Assembly (NCBI GenBank): GCA_963744995.1
Contig: CAVUWA010000010.1
Location: forward strand, 608,001-672,000
DNA: 64,000 bases
Source of the DNA: Candidatus Eiseniibacteriota bacterium
GTDB lineage: Bacteria > Eisenbacteria > RBG-16-71-46
Direction: 5' to 3'
Part shown: in pieces, positions 10,439 through 20,231 of the stretch
Position numbering within the stretch: position 1 is the first letter of the stretch
Layout: each line of letters starts with the position of its first letter
The notes under the pieces: generated by a model
The model's input: only the letters and a program-made list of their open reading frames with translations
The model's database searches: none
What the model was told of the DNA's origin: nothing
Made by a program: the position numbers and the translations under genes

Positions 10439-11476
10439 GTGTCCGCGTCTGAACACGACGCCACGCCCGCGGCAAAGCCGCGACGCAAACGCCTGCCGAT
10501 GATCATCGTCGGCGTCGTGGCGCTCGCCGCGCTCGGCTTCGGCGCCCGCCAGTGGATGTTCGCACGCAACCACGTGACCAGCGACGACGCGCAGGTCGAA
10601 GGACACATCATCCCTCTGCTGCCCCGGGTGGGCGGCTTCGTCGCCGAGGTGCGCGTGAAGGACAACCAGCACGTGACCGCGGGCGACACGCTCGTGGTGC
10701 TCGACGACCGCGATCTGCTGGCGCATCTGCAGAAGACGGAAGCCGACCTCGCCGTCGCCCTGGCCAGCGTCGGCAGCGGCAGCCGCGCCGGCCAGGCCGA
10801 GGCGCAGGTGGCGGCTGCGCGCGCCCGGGTGACGCAGGCCGAGCAGGCCGCGTGGAAGGCGCACGCGGACCTCGACCGCTACACCGCGCTCGCCGCGCGC
10901 AACGTCATCGGTGGCCAGCAGCTCGATGCGGCGAAGGCGGCGGCCGGCGCCGCCGATGCCCAGCTCGCCGTGGCGCGCCAGGACGTGGCAGCCGCCTCGG
11001 CCGCGCTGCTCGCCGCATCCGCGCGCGTCGCGGCGGCGCGCGCCACGCGTGACGCCGCAGCGCTGCAGTTCTCCTATGCGCGCGTCGTGGCGCCCGCGAC
11101 CGGGGTCGTCAGTCGCAAGAACGTCGAGGTCGGCGAGCTCGTGCAGACCGGCCAGCCGCTCATGAGCGTGGTGCCGCTCGACGACGTCTGGGTCGTGGCC
11201 AACCTCAAGGAGACAGAGGTGCGCGACGTCACCCCCGGCGATCCCGCCGAGTTCAAGGTCGACGCCTACCCCGGCCGCCGCTTCGAGGGCCACGTCGAGA
11301 GCCTGAGCCCCGCTTCCGGTGCGCGCTTCTCGCTGCTGCCGCCCGACAACGCGACCGGCAACTTCACCAAGGTCGTGCAGCGGATTCCGGTGCGGGTGGC
11401 GCTGGATACACCACCGGACTCGGCCTACGTGCTGCGGCCCGGCATGAGCGTCGACGTCACGATCACGACGCGCTGA
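10439..11476 (+). CDS. HlyD/EmrA-type membrane fusion protein (true start may be 10362, see findings)
   Basis: TM anchor, TSDDAQVEG, FSLLPPDNATGNFTKVVQRIPV, LRPGMS. Confidence 0.93.
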   Translation: MSASEHDATPAAKPRRKRLPMIIVGVVALAALGFGARQWMFARNHVTSDDAQVEGHIIPLLPRVGGFVAEVRVKDNQHVTAGDTLVVLDDRDLLAHLQKTEADLAVALASVGSGSRAGQAEAQVAAARARVTQAEQAAWKAHADLDRYTALAARNVIGGQQLDAAKAAAGAADAQLAVARQDVAAASAALLAASARVAAARATRDAAALQFSYARVVAPATGVVSRKNVEVGELVQTGQPLMSVVPLDDVWVVANLKETEVRDVTPGDPAEFKVDAYPGRRFEGHVESLSPASGARFSLLPPDNATGNFTKVVQRIPVRVALDTPPDSAYVLRPGMSVDVTITTR

Positions 11477-11483
11477 GCCCGGC

Positions 11484-13073
11484 ATGTCGAGTGCTTCCCT
11501 GAGCTTCGGCCGCGGTATGATTCCGTCCGCGGCCGAGATCTACGCCAACCGCTACATCATCGCGATCACGGTGACGGTCGCGTCGGTCATGGAGCTGATC
11601 GACACCAGCATCGTCAACGTGGCGATCCCGCACATGATGGGCAACCTCGGCGCGACGCTGGACCAGATCGCCTGGGTGTCCACCGGCTACATCGTAGCGA
11701 ACGTGATCGTGCTGCCGATCACCGGCTGGCTCTCGGCGCTCTTCGGGCGCCGCCGCTACTTCGCCGGCTCGATCATGCTGTTCACGATCGCCTCGTTCTT
11801 CTGCGGCAATGCCCACTCGCTCACCGAACTGGTGTTCTGGCGCATCGTGCAGGGCCTGGGCGGGGGCGCACTGCTCTCGACCTCGCAGGCGGTGCTCTAC
11901 GAAGTGTTCCCGCCGAGCGAGTACGGCACCGCAATGGCGATCTTCGGCATGGGCGTCATGGTCGGTCCGACGCTCGGGCCCACACTGGGCGGCTACATCA
12001 CCGACGTGTTCTCGTGGCGCTGGATCTTCTTCATCAACCTGCCGTTCGGCATCCTGGCGTTCCTGCTCTCGCTCGGCTTCCTGAGCGATTCGCGCCACCA
12101 GACCAGGGCCGGGCGCGTGGACTGGCTCGGACTGCTGCTGCTCGCGCTCGGCATCGGCACGCTGCAGACCATGCTCGAACGCGGGGAACACCTCGACTGG
12201 TTCGCCTCCCGCGAGGTGGTCGCCTACGCGGTGATCAGCGCGACCTCGCTGATCGCGTTCGTGTGGCACGAGCTGCGCGTCGAGCACCCGGTCGTGGACC
12301 TGCGGATCCTCAAGAACCGCCAGCTCACCGCGGGCATTCTGTTCGGCGGGATGCTCGGCCTGTGCCTGTACGCGACCGTGTTCGTGCTGCCGGTCTACCT
12401 GCAGAATCTCCAGGGCTTCAGCGCCAATCAAACCGGCCTCGTCATCCTCCCCGGTGCCATCGCCAGCGCGGTGGTGATGGGGATCATGGGCCGGCTGCGC
12501 GGACGCTTCGACGAACGGCTGAGCGTGCTCGTCGGCGTGGGCATCTTCATGTTCTCGATGTGGCAGATGTCGCACTTCACGACCCTCAGCGGGTTCCACG
12601 ACTACTTCTGGCCGCTGATCTGGCGTGGCACCGGGCTCGGTCTGATCTTCGTGCCGCTCACCAATCTCTCGCTCGCCGATCTGCCGATGAGCCGCATCCC
12701 GAACGGCACCGGGCTGTTCAACCTCATGCGCCAGCTGGGCGGCAGCATCGGCATCGCGCTGTCTGCGACGACGCTCGGCCGGCTCGAGTCGATCCACCAC
12801 GCACGGCTCGCGGAGCATGTCTCGCTCTACAGCGATGCGACGCGCGCGCGCTTCGACGGCATCGTGCACACTCTGGTCGCCCGGGGCGCAACGGTGGCGG
12901 AGGCCGGGGCGAAGGCGGTCGCGGTGCTCGACGGCATGGTGCGCAGGCAGGCGATGATGATGTCGTTCGAGCAGCTGTTCCTGCTGTTCGGCTGGGGTTT
13001 CGCGATCGCCCTGCCGCTGCTGCTCCTCATGCGCGACGCCTCGGGCTCGAAAAGCGGTGGCGCGGTGCACTGA
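11484..13073 (+). CDS. DHA2-family (EmrB/QacA) MFS efflux permease
   Basis: DTSIVNVAIP, GPTLGG, WRWIFFINLPFG; many TM segments. Confidence 0.95.
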   Translation: MSSASLSFGRGMIPSAAEIYANRYIIAITVTVASVMELIDTSIVNVAIPHMMGNLGATLDQIAWVSTGYIVANVIVLPITGWLSALFGRRRYFAGSIMLFTIASFFCGNAHSLTELVFWRIVQGLGGGALLSTSQAVLYEVFPPSEYGTAMAIFGMGVMVGPTLGPTLGGYITDVFSWRWIFFINLPFGILAFLLSLGFLSDSRHQTRAGRVDWLGLLLLALGIGTLQTMLERGEHLDWFASREVVAYAVISATSLIAFVWHELRVEHPVVDLRILKNRQLTAGILFGGMLGLCLYATVFVLPVYLQNLQGFSANQTGLVILPGAIASAVVMGIMGRLRGRFDERLSVLVGVGIFMFSMWQMSHFTTLSGFHDYFWPLIWRGTGLGLIFVPLTNLSLADLPMSRIPNGTGLFNLMRQLGGSIGIALSATTLGRLESIHHARLAEHVSLYSDATRARFDGIVHTLVARGATVAEAGAKAVAVLDGMVRRQAMMMSFEQLFLLFGWGFAIALPLLLLMRDASGSKSGGAVH

Positions 13074-13199
13074 GCGCGCCGGGCCCGGGTCACGGGGGGT
13101 CTCCCGCCCGGTTCAGGGCGCCGCGGCCGGATACGTACGCCTGCGCGGGTCGCGGCCGGGCAGCCGGAGATGCGCGCGGCCCCCCCGTCACACCCTCGC

Positions 13200-15050
13200 T
13201 CAATGCGCCTCGAGCACCGCCTCCACGTCCGCGTGCAGCGTCGGCGGCGCGCCGAAGAAGACGCCCGCGGTCCTGCCGCTCCCGTCGAAGGCGAACAGCG
13301 TCGGCACGGCGCCGAGGTCGCCGAACGCACGCACCAGCTCCGGCCGCGCCAGCGCGACCCGCACGGACGGATCGAGCGACTTCGCGACCTCGCGCACCTC
13401 GGCCTCGTCGGATTCGATCGCCAGCGCGACGACGGCAACCCGGTCGCCGTAGCGCTTCTGCAGTCCGCCGAGCCACGCGAGCGTGCTCCGGCACGGCGGG
13501 CACCAGGTGGCCCAGAACTCGACCAGCACCATGCGGCCGGCGAGCGCATCGCGCGAGAGCGGACGCCCTGCGACGTCGCGGACGGAGAACGCCGGCAGCG
13601 CGGCGATGTCGCCGCCCTCACGGGGCGCCGCGACGGCCCGAGCCTCCGCCGTCCGCCCGGCGGCGAGCAGGTCGATCATGCGCGTGAGATCCGCGCGCAG
13701 CCGCTCGTGGCTCGCCGCGCTGCGCAGCGGCGCATAGCGACCGGAGCGATCGCCCTCGCCGCTGCCGTAGAAGCCGAAGTCCTTCGGGGTCGCAACCAGC
13801 ACGTCGTCCACGAAGATCGCCGGGTAGCGCGTGACGCCGAACCGGCGTGCGAGCGCCGAAGCGCCGTAGTTCTCGACGACGAAGCGCGCCCTTCCGCCGG
13901 AGGCGTTCACCACACTCTGTGCCAGCAGACCTGCCGGGTCGGAGAGGTTTCAGGTGTAGGGCCAGCGCACCAGCGTGACCGTGACCTTCGGTTCCGGTTT
14001 CGCCGGACGCGCGGCAGCCGGTTCGAGCACGGCGAAGTAGCGCGGCAGAACCACGCCCGCCACGGCCGCCGCGACCGCGTGGGTCGCGCCGGCGGTGGTG
14101 TCCCCGGCGTCGGCGCGCGCCAGATCGAGGAACAAGCGCGCGATGCCGTGATCGGTCCCGCGCGACTCGATGCGCGCGGCGAACGCGTCGAGACGTGCCG
14201 GCGTCTCCGTGGGGTCGAACCGGGGCGGGGAGGGAATCACCGCCTGCGCGCGGAGCGAGCCCTGGAGGTAGCGCAGCAGCGCGCCGCGATGAAGACCGAG
14301 CGCATCCAGCTCGCGCGCCTCCTTGAGTGCCGAGGCCGCGGCGATGAAGCCGGCGTGGAGGTGGATGGATGCCGGCGGCCGGTACGCGGAGAGGATCTCG
14401 CTCTCGAGGTCGTCGAGCTCGCCTGCAATGCCGCGGAACGCAGGGAGCCGTCCGTGCCCGATCGCTTCGAGGCTTTCCGCGAAGGCCACGAACCGCTGCT
14501 GCGCAAGCGCCTGCCCGAGATAGAAGAGCCCCGCCACAGGTTCGGTGCTGCGCCCGTAGTCGAGGCTGGCGTCGTAGTAGATGCGCACCTGCGGCCACGC
14601 GGCTTCGGCCAGCGCGCCAGGCAGCGCGGCACGGATGCGGGCGAGGGCCTTCTCGCCCCCCGGCCGGGGCGCGGGGGCGAGCACACCATCCATCCGTTTC
14701 CACTCGGCCTCGAGAGCGTCCGTCGAAGCGGCGGCGGCGGGGTGCCCGGCCACGTAGCGGGCCGCGTCCAGGAGCGGCATGGCGCGCGACAGCTCGTACA
14801 GGGCGATCTCGCGATGCCCGGCTTCGAGCGCCGCCTTCGCGCGCTCGACCGGGGGACCCGCCGACGCGCGAATGCCGCGCGACAGACGGTCCGAGGCCGT
14901 GTCGGCGGCGACGGCGGCCGACCAGCGCGTGATCTCGGCACGGAGCGGGTCGTGCCGGGCCGAGCGGGCGCAGGCGCCGGCAGCGAGGCTCAGCGCGCCG
15001 GAGACGATCAGCGTCGCGGCCCGGGCGCTGGCGATACGGGTCGTTCGCAT
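13200..15050 (-). CDS. Putative selenocysteine-containing lipoprotein, 616 aa: helical N-domain, thioredoxin-like UxxS domain, TlpA-like WCPPC domain
   Basis: The upstream ORF ends in TGA (13950-13952) in frame with the downstream ORF. Read-through gives VTVTLVRWPYT-U-NLSDPAGLLAQSVV...FGVTRYPAIFVDD. A SECIS-like hairpin follows the TGA. Lipobox-like AGAC; C-terminal VEFWATWCPPC. Confidence 0.8.
13912..13949 (-). promoter_or_regulatory. Bacterial SECIS-like element
   Basis: TGA-AACCTCTCCGAC-CCGGCA-GGTC-TGCTGG-CACAGAG. The GCAGGTCTGC core starts 15 nt after the TGA; lower CTCT/AGAG pairing is possible. Confidence 0.75.
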
Positions 15051-15400
15051 GACGCCGAGGTTCCGCCCCCACCCGCGGGCGCGTGAAGCGAAAGCCGACG
15101 AGCGCGGCAGGCGGCGTGGCCGGCTGCGGCCGCGACGCTGCGGAGGGCTCGGACGGCGCGGCGGCGGCCACGGCCACGAGGCCCGCCCGCGCTTCGCGGA
15201 GTCCGCTGCCGCCGGCACGCCGCCCGTGCGGGACCAGCCCGGCCACACCGGACCCCGGGCCCCCGGAAGCGCGGCGCCATGCGCCTTTCGGCGCCGCGCG
15301 CGCACCAGCTCCGATGTGCTAGAAGATCGGCCACACTGGCGGGTTGCTGCCGCACGCGGCGCGATCCCGCTCCGACCGATCCCTGCAATGGAGGAAACCC

Positions 15401-15793
15401 GTGGATCCCATACGCATGGCCGCCGTGCTGACCGTGACGCTCGCGCTCACGCTCTATACGGTCGGTACGGTGAAAGAGCAGCGTTCCCGCCGCAGCACGG
15501 CGGCGGTGCGCGGCTGGCTTACGTTCGGGGTGGTGTTCGACATCACCGCGACGGCGCTCATGATCGTCGCTTCCAGGAGCGTGGCGCCCACGGTGCACGG
15601 TCTGCTCGGCTATTCGGCGCTCGCGTTGATGGTGACCGACACGATGCTGCTGTGGCGCCACGCGCGCGCCCACGGCGACGTCGAGGTTTCCAGGCGCCTG
15701 CATCTGTTCTCGCGGTTCGCGTACGCCTACTGGGTCGTGGCTTACTTCACCGGCGCCGCGCTGGTGATGGCGGAGCGGGCCGCCTCGGCCTGA
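15401..15793 (+). CDS. Small four-helix membrane protein, HsmA-like (possible heme binding)
   Basis: GGAGG RBS then GTG; AL.LYT.G, G..FD..AT..M, HG..G..AL.LM, HLFS..AY..W pattern. Confidence 0.6.
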   Translation: MDPIRMAAVLTVTLALTLYTVGTVKEQRSRRSTAAVRGWLTFGVVFDITATALMIVASRSVAPTVHGLLGYSALALMVTDTMLLWRHARAHGDVEVSRRLHLFSRFAYAYWVVAYFTGAALVMAERAASA

Positions 15794-15890
15794 GCCCCGG
15801 CGCCGCACGCCCCGCGGCCCGTGCCGATCCAAAACACCGCGCCCGGGCGGCGAATGCCGGCCCGGGCGCGATTTCGATCAGTCCGTTTCC

Positions 15891-16853
15891 TTACGGGAGT
15901 TCCGACAGACCCTTCTGCAGCAGCGCCCGCGCATAGTCGGGATTGTGGACGCCCATGCTCTTGTCCTCATGCGCGACGTAGAGCCAGTTGTAGAGCGCGA
16001 TGCCCTGGGCTTCAGGCGCCGAGGTGACGGTCGGGTGACCATCCGGCGAGTTCTCGCTGATGAGGTTCAGCGCCAGCAGCTTCTCGCCGAGCGAGTCCGC
16101 CAGAGCCGCGATCTCGGTCTGCACCCCGCCGATGTCGAAGTTGGTCGCCCCGGGGTGGCACTTCTGGCACGTCGCGACCGCCGGCTCGAAGTGGTGATCG
16201 AGCCCGTCGCCCAGGTGGCAGGTGACGCAGGTGTTGGCCGCGGCGCCGTAGTGGCCGCTCGGGCTGCCCGTCACGCCGGCACCGGCGACGCCGAGCAGCA
16301 TGGCGCTCTGCGGGCCGTGGTGCGGGCCCCAGTGCGTCGAGATGCCGGTGATCGTGCCGTTCACCGCCACCGGACCGTCGCGCCGCGGCTGGTGGCAATT
16401 GACGCACAGGTTGCCTTCGCCGCCGTTGAAGGTCACCGGGTTGTCGAGCGCGAACAGCGTGACCGGCGCCGTGGTGCGCAGCGCGAAGTCCTTCATCGTG
16501 TACGTGCTGTGGATCATGTGGCAGGCACGGCAGTCCTGGCGCGTCGGATCCGGATCGCCTTCCGTCACCTCGCCCGGATTCTGCCCGGCCGCGATCATCT
16601 CCTGGAACGCGTGGCCGGAGTGACACCCGGCGCAACTCGCGCTCGTCCCGCGCACGTAGGCCGTTCCGGTGCCGTGCACCGACTCGGCCCACTCGGTCTT
16701 CTTACCGGTGATCAGGTTGCTTTCGTCGTGACAGTCCGCGCAGCTCAGCGGCCCCGAAGCCGTCTCGACGCGCGTGATCTTGCGTTCGCACGACGTCAGC
16801 CCGATCGCCACGATGGCGATCGCTGCGAACGTCACCAATCTCTTGAAAAGCAT
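15891..16853 (-). CDS. Hexaheme c-type cytochrome lipoprotein
   Basis: Lipobox LTSC; six CxxCH motifs; C-terminal DKSMGVHNPDYA; AAGGAGG RBS. Confidence 0.9.
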   Translation of the reverse strand: MLFKRLVTFAAIAIVAIGLTSCERKITRVETASGPLSCADCHDESNLITGKKTEWAESVHGTGTAYVRGTSASCAGCHSGHAFQEMIAAGQNPGEVTEGDPDPTRQDCRACHMIHSTYTMKDFALRTTAPVTLFALDNPVTFNGGEGNLCVNCHQPRRDGPVAVNGTITGISTHWGPHHGPQSAMLLGVAGAGVTGSPSGHYGAAANTCVTCHLGDGLDHHFEPAVATCQKCHPGATNFDIGGVQTEIAALADSLGEKLLALNLISENSPDGHPTVTSAPEAQGIALYNWLYVAHEDKSMGVHNPDYARALLQKGLSELP

Positions 16854-16983
16854 CGCCGCAACCTCCTTCGGCTCATCCAGCCTGTTGCTGCCTGTTCTCA
16901 CTTCACGTTGAAACGGTTTCGTACCTTGTTTCCTCTTCAACACCATCAGGCCACCGCCTGCTTCACTTCACTCCGCGTTGCGG

Positions 16984-18534
16984 TCACAGGTCGTAACCCA
17001 GATCCACCCGCACCACGTTCGCGGTGTAGTACCGGTCCAGCAGGATGTAGTCGTCGTAGTTGTAAACGTTGTACTTGACCTCCAGGTGATACCGCTGCGC
17101 CAACTTCACCGCGCCTTCCACGAACACCAGCGACTTCTCGATGTCGAGATCCTTGCCGATGTCCAGGTAGGTGACCCCGCTTGCGAGGGTCACGTTCGGG
17201 ATCCGGCTGACTTCGACGCGCCCCGTGACGATGTCGCTGCGCGTGTCGAAGCGTGAGATCCGGTCGATGTACTCGTCCTCCGCGTGACTGTAGTCGCCGA
17301 AGAGGGCTCCCCATCCCGGCATGTCGTAGCGGATGAACGTGCCCGCCACCGTGCCGTGCACGGTCACGTCGATATCGGGCAGGTCGCGTTCGCGCCGCGT
17401 GTAATCGGCGCCGGCCGAGAGGCGCTTCACCGGTCGCACCTCGAGTTTTCCGCGCACCCGCGAGGACTCGATGTCCTTGAGCAGGGTGAGGTCCTCCTGG
17501 TCCTTCTTGACGCGGCCCGAATAGTCCACGACGGCGGTGAGCATCGGGTCGGGGCGCAGCGTCGCGCCCGCGTGCCAGCTGTGATAGGTCGACAGCGTGC
17601 GGTCGTCGTCGTTCGTCTCGTAGCCATAGCCGGCGTTGACGCGGCCGTAGGTACCGAACCAGCTCATGTCGAAGTCGTTGATGAAACGGTCCGTCTTGAG
17701 CTCGAGCACGTTGTCGTCCACGCGGCTCGCGTCGAACGCGTAGCGGAACTGATACCAGGCCCACGGCTGCACGACCGACGTGTACTGGAAGCTCGAGAGC
17801 TTGTATTCGGCGTCGCCGTTGGTGAGCTTGCGGGTGCCGTAGGAGCCGCGCACCAGGTTCGTCCACTTCTCGTAGAACGGCATCGGCGCGTAGGCCCGCG
17901 CCGCGACGACCTGGCCGCGGCGGTCGGCCCTGGAGTCCAGATCGTCGGAGTAGTCCGACATTTCGTAGGACACCGCGGCGCCGCGCCGGTAGCCGCGCAC
18001 ATCCGCCTCGAGCCGTCCGCGGAGATACGCGTTGTCGTAGCGGTCGCCGAAGGCACTCATCGTGCCGAGCGGATAGCCCAGCCGCTCGCCCTCGTGCGTC
18101 ACGCGACCGAGATCGCCCGACAGCGACAGCAGACGGCTCGGCGTGTAGCGCATGCCGACGTTCCAGTCCTTGCGAGCGGCGGTGACGCCGCGGGCCGGAT
18201 CGAATACGTAGCGGCTCTGGTCGTAGTTCCCGGTCATGCGGAACAGGCCGGGCACCCGGTACGTGAGGTTGCCGGCGCGCGAGTCGAGGTTGATGTCACG
18301 CAGATCGAGCGTGAACAGGCTGCGCGGGCTGAAGGTTCCGTTGAGCTGGATCCGGCTGAGCGCGAAGCCGTCGTAGATGTCGTAGGTCTCCTGCACCGCC
18401 GAGCGGTCGCCCTCTTCATCGAGGAAGATCCCGCCCATTTTCACGGTGCCGTTCAGCGTCCCCGCCCACCCGGGAGCGGCGGCGAACGCCATGATCACCG
18501 TCGTGATCATCATCGCCATCGTGTGAGTACGCAT
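16984..18534 (-). CDS. Outer-membrane beta-barrel of a porin-cytochrome module (MtrB/PioB-like role)
   Basis: Signal peptide, Tyr/Asp/Arg-rich amphipathic strands, C-terminal VRVDLGYDL; lies between two multiheme cytochrome genes. Confidence 0.75.
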   Translation of the reverse strand: MRTHTMAMMITTVIMAFAAAPGWAGTLNGTVKMGGIFLDEEGDRSAVQETYDIYDGFALSRIQLNGTFSPRSLFTLDLRDINLDSRAGNLTYRVPGLFRMTGNYDQSRYVFDPARGVTAARKDWNVGMRYTPSRLLSLSGDLGRVTHEGERLGYPLGTMSAFGDRYDNAYLRGRLEADVRGYRRGAAVSYEMSDYSDDLDSRADRRGQVVAARAYAPMPFYEKWTNLVRGSYGTRKLTNGDAEYKLSSFQYTSVVQPWAWYQFRYAFDASRVDDNVLELKTDRFINDFDMSWFGTYGRVNAGYGYETNDDDRTLSTYHSWHAGATLRPDPMLTAVVDYSGRVKKDQEDLTLLKDIESSRVRGKLEVRPVKRLSAGADYTRRERDLPDIDVTVHGTVAGTFIRYDMPGWGALFGDYSHAEDEYIDRISRFDTRSDIVTGRVEVSRIPNVTLASGVTYLDIGKDLDIEKSLVFVEGAVKLAQRYHLEVKYNVYNYDDYILLDRYYTANVVRVDLGYDL

Positions 18535-18547
18535 TTCAGGCACCGTC

Positions 18548-19504
18548 CTAGCGGCCATGACAGGCTTGGTTGAAACAACCCTGGGATTTGAGAGAGGGAT
18601 CCAGCAGGAATCTGTTGTCGTACGAGCCGTGGATGTCCACGTGGCAGTCGTTGCAGGGAACGCTCGCCCACCGGGTGCCGTGCATCGGGTTCGAGAGGTG
18701 CCTCGGCACCGTGTGGCACTGCGTGCACAGCTGGCTGTGCGGCTGCGCGTACGGCTGCTTGAGCATGCGCGGCAGCGAGGAGCCGTGCGGATCGTGACAG
18801 GTGAGACAGCCGCCCTCTTCGGTCGAGTGATCGAGCGTCGCCGGATGCTCGTACGGGAACGGCCCGGAGAATTCGCCGTGGCAATTGAGGCAGACGTTGG
18901 TGCCGTTGTTGGACAGGGCGCGCGTGGTGCGATCGAGCGTCAGATGGCACTCGGTGCACTCGATGACGCCTTCCGCCACGGGATGCCGGTAGGGCTTCGC
19001 GAACTCGGCCTCCACCCGCGGGTGACAGCTCATGCAGAGCTGGCTCTGCGATGCCCTGAGCAGCGACAGCCGCTTGGAGCCGTGCACGCTGTGACAGCTG
19101 CTGCAGGCGATGCCGTTCGCGGCATGAACGTTCTTCTCCAGCATGTTCTGCTGGTGCGAGTTCTCATGGCAGCCCGAGCAGATGCGCGCTTCGGCGGTGG
19201 CCCCCACCTTGGCGGGATTGGGCATCGGATTGGCTTCGGGATCCTCTTCCCAGTGCTTGCGGCTTCCGGCATGGCAGTCCGTGCAGGCAATGCGGGCCTC
19301 GGCGCCGTCATGCGTCGTCCCCGCCCAGTGCGGCGTCCCGGCCATCGTCGTGTCCTGGCCCGCATGGCAGTCGAGACATGCCGTGCTCTCCCGCACCCGT
19401 TCCGCCGCGCCGGGTCCGCGCCCCATGAAACCCGACAGCACGGCCAGCGCCATGCAGATCAGGAGGATCAGAGGCATGTGTCGCAACGTGATCTCACGTG
19501 ACAT
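18548..19504 (-). CDS. DmsE/MtrA-like periplasmic decaheme cytochrome c
   Basis: Ten CxxCH motifs plus terminal CFNQACH; EFAKPYRHPV and GPFPYEHP motifs; signal peptide. Confidence 0.9.
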   Translation of the reverse strand: MSREITLRHMPLILLICMALAVLSGFMGRGPGAAERVRESTACLDCHAGQDTTMAGTPHWAGTTHDGAEARIACTDCHAGSRKHWEEDPEANPMPNPAKVGATAEARICSGCHENSHQQNMLEKNVHAANGIACSSCHSVHGSKRLSLLRASQSQLCMSCHPRVEAEFAKPYRHPVAEGVIECTECHLTLDRTTRALSNNGTNVCLNCHGEFSGPFPYEHPATLDHSTEEGGCLTCHDPHGSSLPRMLKQPYAQPHSQLCTQCHTVPRHLSNPMHGTRWASVPCNDCHVDIHGSYDNRFLLDPSLKSQGCFNQACHGR

Positions 19505-20125
19505 TCGGCGTACCCCCGGCAGTCATCCCAGCATCAATGCGAAGCCTGCGCGCATCGCGGGCAGGCGAGGTTTCGACAGATTCTTCAGGGTGGCTCGGAT
19601 GGAAGGGCGTCCGGGACCGCGTCGAGCGGCGGTCATCGTTGTGGGTGCGCACCCGCCGGCCCCCCGACCCCACCACGTCCGATCCGTGGCGTCGAAGTGC
19701 GCGAGATGCGCGATTCAAGCTGACTATCCGGGCCCTGTGCATCGAGTGCATCTCTCTGCGGGCGACCTCGCCCGAGTGAGCCGCGTCAGCCGTGACCGAG
19801 CCGGTCACGGTGCCGGTGTTCGCCCGATCTTTTTCGGACTTCTGCCGGCCGGACTACAAAGAGGTTCGGACGTTCCACGCCGAACCTGAAGGGACCTTCA
19901 CAGCTTCCGAACAGTCCGTCAAGGCTTTGGCGCACTTGCGAGTATGGTCCGTTGGTATACGTCGCACGCGAATGCATCCGGGGCATGGTTCCAACGTCGC
20001 ATTCGCATCGTTTTGCGCGTGCCGCGGGCGCCCGGCGAGAGTTCCGGCACGGGTTTCGCACCGCTCGAAACGGTCCATGACCGTCGCCCGATCCGGGTCC
20101 TGATCGCGGCGCGCCGGAGCGGGAA

Positions 20126-20161
20126 GACGAAACGCCGGAGCGAATCCGTCCGCTCCGGCGC
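20126..20161 (-). terminator. Probable intrinsic terminator after the SPOR gene
   Basis: Minus strand CGCCGGAGCG-loop-CGCTCCGGCG followed by TTTCGTCTT. Confidence 0.55.
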
Positions 20162-20231
20162 TCCATGGTCCGCTTCTCTGCTTCGCGCCGCGGGCGCCGC
20201 CGCGGCCGCGTGCCGGCGGCGGTGCCGCGCG

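Noticed and set aside
13200..13913. Stand-alone TlpA gene as given by the ORF track
   Set aside because: It starts mid-domain, has no clear RBS or signal peptide, and is in frame with the upstream TGA and SECIS-like hairpin
15891..16853. NrfA nitrite reductase
   Set aside because: The C-terminal GVHNP motif is reminiscent, but there is no CxxCK catalytic heme motif
19505..20110. c-di-GMP/GEMM riboswitch
   Set aside because: Consensus elements were not identifiable by eye
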